A stretch of 64,000 bases of DNA from Marsupella aquatica (taxonomy: Eukaryota; Plantae; Marchantiophyta): positions 20,900,451 through 20,964,450 of the forward strand of contig OZ316894.1 of assembly GCA_973895155.1 (NCBI GenBank), written 5' to 3'. The notes beneath the pieces are model-generated. The model saw only the letters and a list, made by a program, of their open reading frames with translations, did not search any database and had not been told where the DNA came from. The translations under genes were made by a program, and so were the position numbers. Each line of letters starts with the position of its first letter. Positions within the stretch are counted from its first letter, which is position 1. Of the stretch, positions 52,371 through 64,000 are shown piece after piece.

Positions 52371-55300
52371 GGGGCGTCTTCGTCAGTGGGAAGGATTCGA
52401 CAGTGGGGCGTCTTCGTCGTAAAGTCAGAGAAAATGTGAATACAGCATACATATTGTATCCCAGACACAGATCTACTATGACCATTTTTGGAACAGATCA
52501 TGTTATATAGTCGTCAAAGAGAGCAAGAAATGCAAGAACATTTCATATTTATTATCATGAACACATTGGTGACAAAATAGGGCTAGGTACCCTAGAGTAT
52601 CCCTCGGATATTGCTAATTGTACCCTAAACTTCATCCACATTACTAATCATTTTATCGATTGCCATGTGAAAAGAGGTAACATCAGCCTGGCTACAGTCT
52701 TGGAGAATTTGTGATGCGTGCAAGGAATCCAAAATATCATCCTCCTGCACAGTGACCTCTTGTGGTACAGACCCCAGGATTACAAATTCACTTTGCGCCT
52801 TGCCCAGTGGCCCACGAACTGTCAATTTTCTCTGACATCTACTTGCATATGGGTCTGGTTGCACATCAGGTGGTTTCTGGTACTCCTGCAAATTCACATA
52901 TGAAAGCAATCAGCAAAGAAACACATCTTACCAATCAATCATGCCACCAAAGTCAATTACAGAAGGTGTGCTCCCTACCGGTGCAGTCACCTCTCCTGAT
53001 GGGATTGCAGACACATTCGGTGGAAGGGCAGTACCCTGAGCTTCAATAGTGTTGCCTCCCTCTGGTGCTGGTGGTGCATTGACATCCTGGACTTGTTTAG
53101 ATGAATCCTACAATTGTAAGGCTGAAATAAGTATCAAGCAAATCATGTGTTTAGTCCCTATACAATATGGCCACATAGTACACAATAATTTGTACTTACC
53201 TTGGTTTTAGTTCTGGTCTTTTTTTTGTTTGGGCAATTTTCTCTTCGGTGGGAGCAGTTGTTTGCTTCCTCTTTGAACATCTAGGTTCACTTTTTTCTGT
53301 CTCTGGGGGTGCCGTTGCTTGCTCTCCTTCCTTTGGTCCCTGTCATTGCAAACTAAGGTGATTGCATGTTTAAATCAAGTAAGTACACATAGAATACATT
53401 TTTACCACTGTCTACCCTGGAATGTTCCTCCTTGGCCTATTGAAAACACGCTTACCTCAGGCGCGGGCTTCTGTGGTTGTACAGATTTCTTGGTTCTCTT
53501 TGATTTCCTCTTAGATTGTTCGGGTGTAGGTCCTTCATGGGATTCAGGAACCTAAAATGCAGTACTCGAAGTACAGGCACATTCAAACAGTAAGTATACA
53601 TTAACATCATGGTATACAACATAACATTGGTGTCCTACTCTTGAACTTGCAATGTTGATAAAACAGGAAACATTCTCCACACTATTTACAGATGTTGCAA
53701 AGAACTTTCATCTGTAAACGTTACCTGGTCAGCTTGCTGAGAATCTACGGGAAGGGTGGTGTTTCCGTTTGGTGGTGGCTCTACAGATTGTTTGGGTGTA
53801 GGTCCTTCATGGGATTCAGGAACCTAAAATGCAGTACTCGAGGTACAGGCGCATTCAAACAGTGAGTATACATTAACATCATGGTATTCAACATAATGTC
53901 CTACTCTTGAATTTGCAGTGTTGATAAAATAGGAAACGTTCTCCACATTGTTTACAGATGTTGCAAAGAACTTTCATCTATAAACGTTACCTGGTCAGCT
54001 TGCTGAGAATCTACGGGAAGGGTGGTGTTGCCGTTTGGTGGTGGCTCTACAAATTTCTTGGTTCTAAGTTTTTTTCCGCTTTGATTGGTTGGCTTCGGCT
54101 CCTTTGTTGGGAGGAACCTGAAAAAGCAATACTCGGGCTAAGAACACTAAACCATCGTGCATACACTCGTGCATACATTGATATCACGGTATACAAATGG
54201 GATACTTACATTGGAAGTGCAAATTTTACCTCATCGGCTTCCTGAGTGTCAACAAGAGGCATAATTTTCTGTGGAGGCTGCTTCTTGGGTTCGTTTGGCT
54301 TCCTGCGTGGCTTTCCTTTCTTCCCTGATTCTTTGGCTTCAGCTTCGTCATTCAAAGGAACCTGAAGTTTCGTCGACATTCCGGTCAATGTTGTCAAACT
54401 CTACAGATTCAAAACAAGTCATTGGCAGAAGGGGAAGAGGAACTATACCTCTGCTGCATCTTCTTCATCAGAGGACTCATGATAATCTAATCCCCACTTA
54501 TCGGGGGTGGGCTCGTACCCCTCCTCATCTGAGGTATCAACCCACACTTCGTGAACTCCAGCCTGCAATATGAAAATTGGTGTAAACATTGTGCGCGAAG
54601 TATACACAACAATGCAAAAGCAAGTAAAATGATTGTGTTACGTACCGCTGCCTCTGCTTCTTCTTGTGACATGCCATCACCTGTGTAATCTTTCACACAA
54701 TTCCGACCTGCTGTGGCAATTGACAGATGCTTATGCTCCTTTTTCCACTTCACATAGTCTGGATAGGCATGGTCAAAATCGATTTCTTTTGCTCCAACTT
54801 TCCACAACAGACTTTCCCTTTTCTTCCTCAAAAACTCCAAGGCGTCTGCAACAATGAGTTCTCTACTCTCCTCACCTGCTGAAGGTTGGACAGACTGGGC
54901 AGGGACATCTCTCAGTGGAAAAAGTACCTGTAATAGTTGACAATCAACCTGCAAAGCATGCAACTTTCGATCCACAGGCAACTGAGCAGGCAATTGCTGC
55001 ACATGCTCGGCCCAGTGATACATAGCATTGGTGATAGGAGCAGAGCTGACATGCTCATGCAACATCTCAAAGAAACTATCGTCTACCAAGCAGCCCCAAC
55101 CACTCTTCTCCTTTGGACGAATGTGGTAGACCTTAATGAGACGAACAAGCATCGATTTCGATGGAACCGATGGCTCCCTATTCCCCAGAACTGAAACGCA
55201 ATAGTCCACCTTCAGGATGAACGGAGCTGAGGAGAGCTGGGATTGCGAAACTTTGTCGTTTCTCTTTTCTCTCTCACTTTCTGTTTCCAAATTGTCATGT

Positions 55301-55536
55301 TGAGCTTCACTAAATCGTCTATTTGAAAGGCCAACGGGAGATTTGGAAAGCTCTGCCTCTTGCCTTTCGAATGAAATGCGTATCACCAACTTTTGACTAT
55401 TTAGACATAGTTTCGACTCGCATAAAGTTTTTTTTGAACTCTGCTAGTTCTTCTATTGAAATTGGACAGATTCGGCTGAATTTTTGAGCGAGGGATTGCT
55501 TAATCCCTGGTGTTGCAACAAAGCTCGATGGATTCA

Positions 55537-58074
55537 AATGCGCACTCCGGATTTGGGCAATCGTTTCGCTCCACTGGTGGCAGAGGACCAAATTGCTACC
55601 CATATGCCTTTTCTGGCCGAGGAAACGGGAGGGGACCTTCTGATGCCTCTTGGCGACGCGATGGTGCGCCCCTCTCTCCAGGGCGACGCCCTTGGAGCGG
55701 TGAGGCACATGTGAATTCCCTACCGGAGAAAGATTCCAATAGATTTTCTATCCAAGATGCACGTGGTGGTCCAAAAACAGCACCTTATGATCTGTTTGAT
55801 AACTCTTGGGCGCAGAGGGAAAGAACTCCCCCGGAACGGCTCAACGCAGTGGGCGTTTCATCCCCCAACATGGCACCTCGTGGGCTGACCAAATGGATGA
55901 AGAAACAATGGCACGAGATAATGCTACTCTGGCCCCGCCCCTGCCCGGAGGGAAATATGCAAAAATTGCTCCCGAATCAGCTCCAAGCAATCCACCCTCA
56001 AGGGAATACAATGACGCACATGACCGGAACGGAGGTGAGCATAGTGACCATCTTGATACCTCACAGGATCACTCGATGGACTACAACCTTCCACACGATG
56101 GGCAATGCAGTAGAGAGGAACTTTCAGAGATTTCACAGGATGCCTGCCTGGATATCTTAAGGACTATTGCCTTGAATTCCATAGAGGATTGGCCGGACCA
56201 ACTTCACACTACCATCCAGTGGTCGATTGAGGAAGCTACTCTCTCTGTCCAAGAACTCTACAGTTGCACTATGATGTGCTTCTTCACTGACCGTGCCCCT
56301 CTCCTCCCTTCATTTCGTGATTGGGTGGAAGGAGTCTTCATTAGGGATTTGGGCTGGCCGGTTACACAGACCAAGTATGTTGGAAATAATTTTTTCATGA
56401 TCTCTTTCGAATACCCGAGACACAAAGATGCAGCGTTGGAACTCTCCCCTCTCTTCTTGGATCAAAAAATTGTACATACGTTCCCTTGGGAACCTTCATT
56501 TGATGTGAGGAATGATTCTTATACCAAGCTGCCAGTCTGGATTGAGATACCCTTTCAAGCTCTTGTTCTTGAAGGTTGCCGTAAGAGGATTGCGGAATCT
56601 TCAGGTAAACTTCTTTACTACATTCAAGGTGATGTTCGCAGCTCTTTTCCCCATGATCGCGCTTGCATTCTTTGGGATACTAGCCGCGAAATTCCTCGTA
56701 GTGTCGGAGTTGAGATTATAGAGGATCTCGGGGGTCTCACTATATGGGGACCTCCCCATCGCCTGCGACGTTTTTAGGCCTCGGACCCCCTAAAATGTAA
56801 GAAAAAAATTTATTTTTTAACCCCTATAAAGTTGGAATATTCTTGGAATATTCTAAAATTTGGATTAAAAAGACCCTTATATTCTTATAAGTCTCAAAAT
56901 TGAATTTAAAAGACCCTATTGTTCTTCTACAAAAATTCTTAAGTCTTCCCTTAGAACCAATAAAATGACCCTATCCTTCGTCGCACGTGATATGCCATTT
57001 TTGTGGAAGTGAGACCCCCGAGTAGAGGATATCACTATTTGGCAGCCGGTCAGATTCAAAAACATTCCTTATCACTGCTTTCGATGCAACAAGAAGGGAC
57101 ACCTTGCCAGAGAATGCAGAACTTTGGAAGAAAATGCCACCACAACTAAAGATACTGAGGTGACTAAAGCGAACAAAGTAGACGCAGGGGCTATGCAACA
57201 CGACAATGATAGCGGTAACGGTGCTACTAAATGACACGTGGACTCCGAGTTTGACAGACAAACTCAACAACCACCTGACGCTAACACGGTGATTGAATCA
57301 ACGACGGTGGACGCAGCACTGGATGTCTCCCCTCCTGGTGCGAATCTTATGATTGCTGCTAACACATTAGCTGCTAAACCAAGTGGTGGGCCATCTGTCT
57401 CTACTGACTTTCTTGTTGGTAGGTCCTCTCAACCCCTTCATGTGAATGCGCGTTGTCATACTCAAGCAGTCACACTACCACACATTGACGAGCCTCACAA
57501 CATTGACCACCAGACTGTTGAAGCCATAGCATCCCCATCTCCAACTTGCTCTCCTCACCATGTTGCAAGCAACGCAAATGAATTCTGTCTCCCCTTACTC
57601 AGAGACAACGCTCTTTTTCAAGCACTGCCAAGCTTAGAAGACGGCCTAGCTGAACATAGGCTTGATCAGGATCCGACTGTCCCTTCGGGGTCTGATAAAT
57701 TAGCAGTCCAGATTGAGCATCCTTTGGATCCCCCTTCCACCTCGAACGATGATATGTGCCTACCTATCATTGGAATTGACACGACTGACCAGCAGTTACC
57801 TAATGTGGCCAGCGGTGATGAGATAGTATAAGTTCTGGGTGGTTCGGATATAGAAATGTCTGAATATGAGGAATACATTTTGAAAAGTCAGCTCAAGAAG
57901 GATCGTGCCAGGAAACTAGAACTCCAAACTCCTCCGTCTGACCAGAAGAAGAAGAAAGACAAAAAAGCCAATACAAAGAAAGGTCGCGTGATACAATTCT
58001 CGTCTCACGATACTCAGACTTCTAGCTCTCAGACCCGAACGAGATCCAATTCGAATCGCAATCCGATGGCGTAG
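55537..58074 (+). pseudogene. LINE ORF1 (DUF4283/RRM-like plus CCHC knuckle), interrupted by a MITE
   Basis: YVGNNFFMISFE...FPWEPSF...LPVWIEIP; CFRCNKKGHLAREC at ~57075 after MITE removal. Confidence 0.85.
56727..57022. mobile_element. MITE (296 bp), 15-bp perfect TIR CTCGGGGGTCTCACT, 8-bp TSD TAGAGGAT
   Basis: TSD at 56719-56726 and 57023-57030; removal restores GVEIIEDITIWQPVRF. Confidence 0.95.
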
Positions 58075-58213
58075 GCTGCGTTGGCTCTAATATGGATCGG
58101 GCGGACCTTAGGGAATGCATTTTTGATGGTAGCGCTTCCCTTTGGAAATTTTTGCACTAGAACTAGGAAGCCTCAATCTTTTTCCTCTTTTTGCGTCACG
58201 AGGATTCAGGAAC

Positions 58214-61200
58214 ATGGACACTCGTCTCTTTATTGGTTCATGGAATGTCTGTGGCTTATGTGAAGCCAATCGAAAACACATTGTGAAAAACTGGATTACA
58301 TCGCTCAAAACTCCATTGATAGCTCTAGCACTACAAGAGGTTAAAGCAGATAAATTTTGTCTAGACTTAGCTTTACATACTATTCTACCTTCCTATCAAC
58401 ATCTTTCTACTGAGTCTGATGAGGGCAAGGGCGGCACTTCCCTGTTGGTGCATCCTTCGTTTCAAATCACTCAATCTGGTTTCATTGACAAGGGCAGAGC
58501 AGTCTGGGTCAAAGGCAAACTTGCAGAAGGACATTTTGGGATTGTGAGTATCTATGCTCCTAATACCCCTAGAGAGCGAGCTATTCTGTGGCACGACTTA
58601 AAAATCACTTTACCTCAGGATAACTAGATCGTCTGCGGAGATTTCAACATGGTCGAAAGAAGTTCAGACTCCACCGGTTCTTCACCACTACTCAAAGGAA
58701 GAGAAGCGGAATTTTGGAGGTTTTTCAAAATGAGATTCAACTTAGAAGATGCTGCCAATGTCACACAAGCATTTCGGGGTGCGGAATTTACTTGGCGGCG
58801 TATCATCAATTGCAAACTAGTGCAATCTAGACTAGACAGGTTCTACTTGAGTGGAAAAAGCTTGTGGACGGGAGCGGTGATCGACTTGCTACATGAAGGT
58901 GGAACGGCTCTATCTGATCATGACCCTGTTATTCTATGTTTCAGTCTCTCTCCTCCGGTTCTAGAAAGAAATGTGGCACACAAATCCTCTTTCTTCAAGG
59001 CTAACGTCGGGCTTCTCAAATTGAAAGGATTTATTGACAAACTTGTTGTGGCCTGGACTTCGAGTGAAGTCACGGTTTCAGACCCTCACCTACGCTTCTA
59101 TCAAGCGAATCTACGTTTAAAAGACACATACAAGGAAGTTCAATACACCTCGGGGGATCGAGAGAGGGATGTTTCCCTCCTGCGAGGAAAAATTTGAGTC
59201 TTGAAAGCTGCTCTTACAAACACTTTAACTGATTTGGAACTCAATGACTATTCTACCATTGAGGACCAGGTCCGTGCAGCGGAACACGAAGATGCGCAAC
59301 TAGGCAGAAGACTCTCACGGATCAGCTGGCTGGGGCAAGGTGATGAACCTTCAAAATTTTACTTCGCCACCATTAAGGCTAAAAGGTCTAGAGAATCGAT
59401 GCCTTCTCTTCTGTTAGATAATGGGAACACTATCACTCAGGATGTGTTGATCTTACAAGAAGTAGAGAAGCAGTGCGCTCTTTTGTATGAAGCTCCTGAG
59501 GATTTATGTAACAGTGAATCAAGGGAGGTCCGTAATGCTCGGTGCAAGCTTTTTGCGAATACCCGCAAGTCCCTTACAGCAAAAAAAATCAGGAAACTGG
59601 AATCTCCGCCAACATTGGAGGAAATCCGTTGCACTCTTTGGCTTCTTCCAGCGGACAAAGCTCCTGGCCTCGATGGCATCACTGTTGAGATTTACAGATC
59701 TTGCTGGCATTTTATGAAGAATGATCTGCACGACATGATTCTCGACTTTTGGAGAACAGGCACACTCTCAGCTAATCTGAAGGAAGGCGTGATTAAGTTG
59801 ATTCCTAAGAAACCTGACAAGCGGAGATTGAAGGATTGGCATCCTCTAACAATGCTCAACACAGTTTATAAAATTGTAGCGAAGCTTCTGGCCTTTAGAC
59901 TTAAACCGCTCCTCAATAAGCTCATAAGCCCTCAGCAAACCGGCTTTATTCCGGGTCGTCACATATTAGAAAATATCTCTATTGCTTGGATGACTGTCGA
60001 TTGGGTCTGTTCCCAGAAGACGAGTGCACTTTTCCTGCTTCTTGATTTTGAAAAAGCATTTGATAGAGTATGCCACTTCTATATGTGGGAAGCTATGCAT
60101 TTACTTGGTTTGGGTAGCCATTTCATTAGCCTGGTTAGATCCCTGCTAATTGGAGCCTATTCCAAAGTTCACGTCAACGGTATGTTCTCTCAGGACATCC
60201 AGATGCTTAGAGGGGTTCGCCAAGGGTGCCCTCTTTCCCCCCTCCTCTTCGTTATAGCCACTCAGCCGTTGATGGATTATCTGGACCATGAGATCAGCCA
60301 GGGCAGTTTTAGAGGCATTCAGATTTCTGAATCTCTCTTGATCTCTTACAGATTATTTGCAGACGACTTGGGAATGGTTATACCAGCTACCGAAGAGGAT
60401 TTCAAGGGAGCAGCTGAGGCATTAGCTTGCTACGAACTGGCCTCTGTTGCCAAACTCAATCTTCGCAAATCGACGGTGATTCCCCTGACTTCAGAAAATA
60501 TTCCAGAATGGCTTACGAACACTGGATGCAAAATTAGCCTTCCTGGCAAAATTCAGCGTTATTTGGGTGCACCTCTTGGATGGGGCTTAATAGCCTCCCG
60601 TCTTCACAAATTCTGTCTTGACAAGCTCAGTGCTAGACTTTCTAGTTGGGCCACTCAATTTCTATCATTTACAGGACGCACTATTCTCATTAAGCATGTG
60701 CTACAAGCGATACCCGTTTATCACATGATGTTTTTGCGCAGCCCCAGCTCACTAGCCAAATTGATGGTTGCCTTATGTCGAGACTTCCTCTGGGGCTACA
60801 ATGCTGCTGGCGGCAGAAAGATTCCTCTGGTTGCCTGGCAAACGATGGCCAGACCCAAAATTGATGGCGGTCTCAGCTTCAAAGATTTTAGAAGCCATTT
60901 AGATGCGCTTCTATGCCAATGGTTTACTCGAGCGCTGGATACGAAGTAGTTTGAATGGTCTTCCCTATTTGAAGCGAATCTACGTTTGGCAAAATGGAGG
61001 AATCAGAAACACATTTGGCAAAACAATTACTCTCTTTCCGATCTTTTATTACTCAGTTATCCTCTTTCCTTTGGCCGTCTTCACTACACAGGAGGTCTGT
61101 GGAAGGCTTGGGAATCACTGCGTTCTCATCTTATTTTCTCCCCGGAAGCATCTAGTGTCGCCAGCTGGTGGAGCATTGAGGACGTACTTAGATGTTTTGA

Positions 61201-62134
61201 AAGCTTTCAGCAGCTGGATGATCCTTCTCTCTGTTCTATGATTAAGCTATTGGGGAGAATAGGTATCAGGAAAATAGCAGATCTTCGGGGTGAACATCTC
61301 GTGGTCTTACATTACTACACAGGCAAACTATCACGTATAAGAGGTTTTGAGTGGAGGATTCGGGAGCTGTCTGCTTTTCATCCGGAAAATCCAGGGCATT
61401 TCAGATGTTCGAGGCCCTCTCAGGTCTAGAGCCACACAATGGCGCTGGTCGGACAAGGAGGAGCGGATGGAAAAATTCTATCTGCCCAATGCACGGATGT
61501 ACCATCTATTGAGACCTACAGGCTTAGACTTTATCAGGCTCAACGGAATTTGGGGCCATTCACGCTCTGAATGGCAATGGAACACGCTCTGGATCTCTCT
61601 ATGGTCAACCGATCTTCCTCTCAAAGCTCGCACCTTTCTCTGGAGAATAATAGCACAAGGTCTTTTCACCAGAGTCAAAGCTGCGAGGATCGGGAAAGGA
61701 GACGGCCACTGTTTGCTTTGCTCCAATGTTTTGGAGACGATCCCACATCTTTTTCTTTCCTGCTCTTTTGCTCAACGCTGCTGGTCTTTGGTTGGCCAAA
61801 CGTTACAGGCACTCTCAACTCGCAACAAGCTGATCTTTTTGCCACTCTGGTACTACGAGGTCACCAGGGAGCCCATAAATCCCTCAAAATCTTCATGATT
61901 TCCCACACAATGTGGACTTTATGGCTGGCTAGAAACGAACAAGTTTTCAACTCTAGACAGACTCGTATCTTCAACATGAACCTGGTCTTGTCTGAACTTC
62001 TGGATTCTCTTCATGGTATTTGTGAGGCCTCCGGCCCTAGCAGAAAACATACTAGAATTCTCAGGATTAAAGAATTAGTAGGTATGGAAAAGTTGAGATG
62101 GATCACGCGCTCAGATGCTAGGCTCTATAGTTAA
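58214..62134 (+). pseudogene. LINE ORF2: APE endonuclease, RT and zf-RVT; several stops and frameshifts
   Basis: SWNVCGL, LQEVK, GDFN, SRLDRFY, SDHDP, KAPGLDG, LDFEKAFDRV, RQGCPLSP, LFADD, CLLCSNVLETIPHLFLSC. Confidence 0.95.
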
Positions 62135-62834
62135 ACACTTATCTTAGGTCGCTTGGCAGCGGTCTGATACTTTTTTTGGAGTGGTCCTCTTTGACCTGGA
62201 GTTTTGGAAGAAACTGGCCCTCCATTTTTTTGTTCTTTTCTGGCTTTGTTCTTTGCCTTGTATGGCTTTTGGCCCCCCTTCCCGTGGGTTTTTGCGGGTT
62301 TTATTTAAAAAATTTTAAAAATTTTAAAAATTTTAAAAATAGTCCACCTTCAGTTGATTCTTTTTGCGTTGCTTCATCATATGCCATCTTAGCTTGGTAG
62401 TCGACCACAATCGAATCCATGATGCACCTTCCGTCTTCTTACCACTGCTGCTGCTGCATTTCCATGGTTTCTTGGCGAGACGAGAGGTGTTGAGTTTTGA
62501 ACTCAACCAAGGCAGGCCTGGCTCCAACAAATCAATAGGGAGTTTTCGGCCATGCTTGGTGCTCAAGTGAGTCTGAAAATGACTTGAACGAAGAGAAACC
62601 GCGAGGAGCATGACCGGCGCATATACACTTGAATACGTGGTTCCCCTGCTCGCCTACACGGTATCAAAAATGCTGTCCCTCCTTTGCCAATGTTAGTTTC
62701 TTGGCATGGGGCACCATGACTACCTTGGTTGGGTTCAAAACCCAACCGACCTGCCCAATGTTCACTCCTTGATCTCCCTGAATTGCTTGACACTCACTCC
62801 AATCACCCGATAGGCAATCTCAAGTGATTTCACA

Positions 62835-63120
62835 GTCCCCCTTCACTAGCTCCAGCTCCCTGAATTGCTCTATACTCACTCACTCCTAATCGCACGCTCC
62901 CTTCACCAGCTCCCAATCGATCGCTCCCAATCGCTTCCAATCGCTTGCAATCCCCCTTCACCAGCTCCCAATCGCGCGCCCGACAAGCAATCCCCCTTCA
63001 CCAGCTCCCTAAATTGATCGCTCCCAATCGCTCCAAATCGCCCGCAATCCCCCTTCACGAGCTCCCAATTGCGCGCCCGACAGGCAATCCCCCTTCACCA
63101 GCTCCCTAAATTGATCGATT
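62835..63120. repeat. Degenerate tandem repeats (cccccttcaccagctccc..aatcgc) upstream of the zinc-finger gene
   Basis: About 6 visible units. Confidence 0.75.
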
Positions 63121-63639
63121 GATTTGTGAGCTCCAGTAGTGGAATCCCTCCTTAAAACAATCCTCCTCTCTCATCGGCCGCCATCTCTCTAAAATCCTAA
63201 ACCCTCGCCAAAGATAAGGCATACGTGCAACTGATCATGCACCCTAAACCCTAGCAATGAAGTAGCAAAGCAGACGCAACGTAGTCGTGTTACATGAAAT
63301 AGAATTCAAAGAATACATAAACCATGTAGTATTCTGTGTTGTATTCTCAACATACAAAAGAATGTTGCAACGTGTTACATAACAGATAGATCAAAGAATA
63401 CATAAACAATGTTGTATTCTATTCATAACGCAAGAGAAAATACCCATTACACAATACAGGTTTTCAAAATTATGCAACTGAAGGGATCCCCCAATACTCA
63501 TCTGAAATGCGAATTGTTCATCATTGAAGCTATGGAGAATGCTAAATGACACTAAATCATCTTACCAAACCACCAATCTCTTCAAGAAATAACAAGAATA
63601 CAACAACCAAAACGTATTCTGCATGACACAACATCCCTA

Positions 63640-64000
63640 TCATTTGCCTTTCAAGTCTTCGGCGGATTTGATGGTGGACAAACAAAACTTTGAAATCATT
63701 GCTGCAGTCACCTCCAATTGCTGCATAAGGACATCAGCATCCACAAGATTGCTTCTGCTGATCACTTTCTCAACTCTTGTTCTCACAGGGGCACGACTAG
63801 GAGGGCATCGCCACATCTCAACAACGAGCTTATTCACAATAGCAGAGTGTCGTCCTGCCTTAATCCACACTAGACAGTATGGGATCTGAGAAATTTGCTG
63901 GTGCATTGTTTCTAGTTGGCGAATGGTACCATACTCTGCAAATTTGTCAGCAGTCATGTCCACAAGCTCTCGTGCAGCTTGAAAGATAGTGGCCTTGAAT
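63640..64000 (-). CDS. C-terminal fragment of an unknown protein running off the window
   Basis: Open frame to the window end, followed by an AT-rich 3'UTR-like tract. Confidence 0.35.
   Translation of the reverse strand, partial: FKATIFQAARELVDMTADKFAEYGTIRQLETMHQQISQIPYCLVWIKAGRHSAIVNKLVVEMWRCPPSRAPVRTRVEKVISRSNLVDADVLMQQLEVTAAMISKFCLSTIKSAEDLKGK

Larger units (their letters stand above)
55216..62337 (+). mobile_element. Apparently full-length L1-clade LINE with a 16-bp TSD
   Basis: AATAGTCCACCTTCAG at 55200-55215 and 62338-62353; ORF1 and ORF2 present; (AAAAATTTT)n tail. Confidence 0.95.
52625..62793 (-). pseudogene. Multi-exon orphan gene with an N-terminal C2H2-like zinc finger, split by the LINE
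   Basis: FKCICAGHAPRGFSSFKSF/QTHLSTKH (1-nt frameshift). QLKVDY at 62340 continues as VDYCVSVLGNREPS at 55200. Short downstream exons, including a ~270-bp tandem duplication at 53522-54050. Confidence 0.55.
9672..64000. mobile_element. Giant multi-gene DNA transposon (Sola-like transposase, CACTA-like left end); right end not seen in the window
   Basis: CACTACTAAGG at 9672 is followed by a GC-rich subterminal tract. Transposase at 45.2-48.9 kb. Ulp1, F-box and FCP1 cargo carry decay stops. The same 16-bp motif occurs from 14.6 to 45.1 kb, on both sides of the nested retroelement. The left boundary is inferred, not confirmed by a TSD. Confidence 0.55.

Noticed and set aside
51017-52422. Long Cys-rich ORFs on both strands
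   Set aside because: By-products of a 144-bp (multiple of 3) tandem repeat; no independent coding evidence.
54487-55389. 300-aa ORF as a stand-alone gene
   Set aside because: Its N-terminal ~58 codons are antisense LINE 5'UTR; the true upstream part lies beyond 62338.

Overview
Eukaryotic, intron-containing plant DNA, probably from a bryophyte or other seed-free plant (inferred from gene content only). The first ~9.6 kb holds host genes: the 3' exons of a beta-amylase, a frameshifted small secreted Cys-rich protein and an IDN2/FDM-type zf-XS/XS/XH RNA-silencing gene. From about 9.67 kb (a candidate CACTAC left end) to the window end lies what appears to be one giant, decaying, multi-gene DNA transposon. 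It carries a Sola-like (DUF7869-type) transposase with two En/Spm TnpA-like N-terminal modules, plus several orphan genes. It also carries a minus-strand, apparently spliced cassette: 3x F-box, ParB-like domain, E/K-rich rod, Ulp1 SUMO protease and 3x FCP1-like phosphatase. About 19 copies of a 16-bp CpG-rich near-palindrome (ACGCGMNNRGTCGCGT) mark its introns and spacers. Nested inside it is a Ty3/gypsy element whose Pol encodes a DNMT3-like cytosine methyltransferase between protease and RT; that element is itself hit by 3-4 solo-LTR-like inserts and an inverted filler duplication. Also nested are a full-length L1 LINE with a 16-bp TSD and three MITE-like elements. All calls are by eye from motifs; no database search was run.
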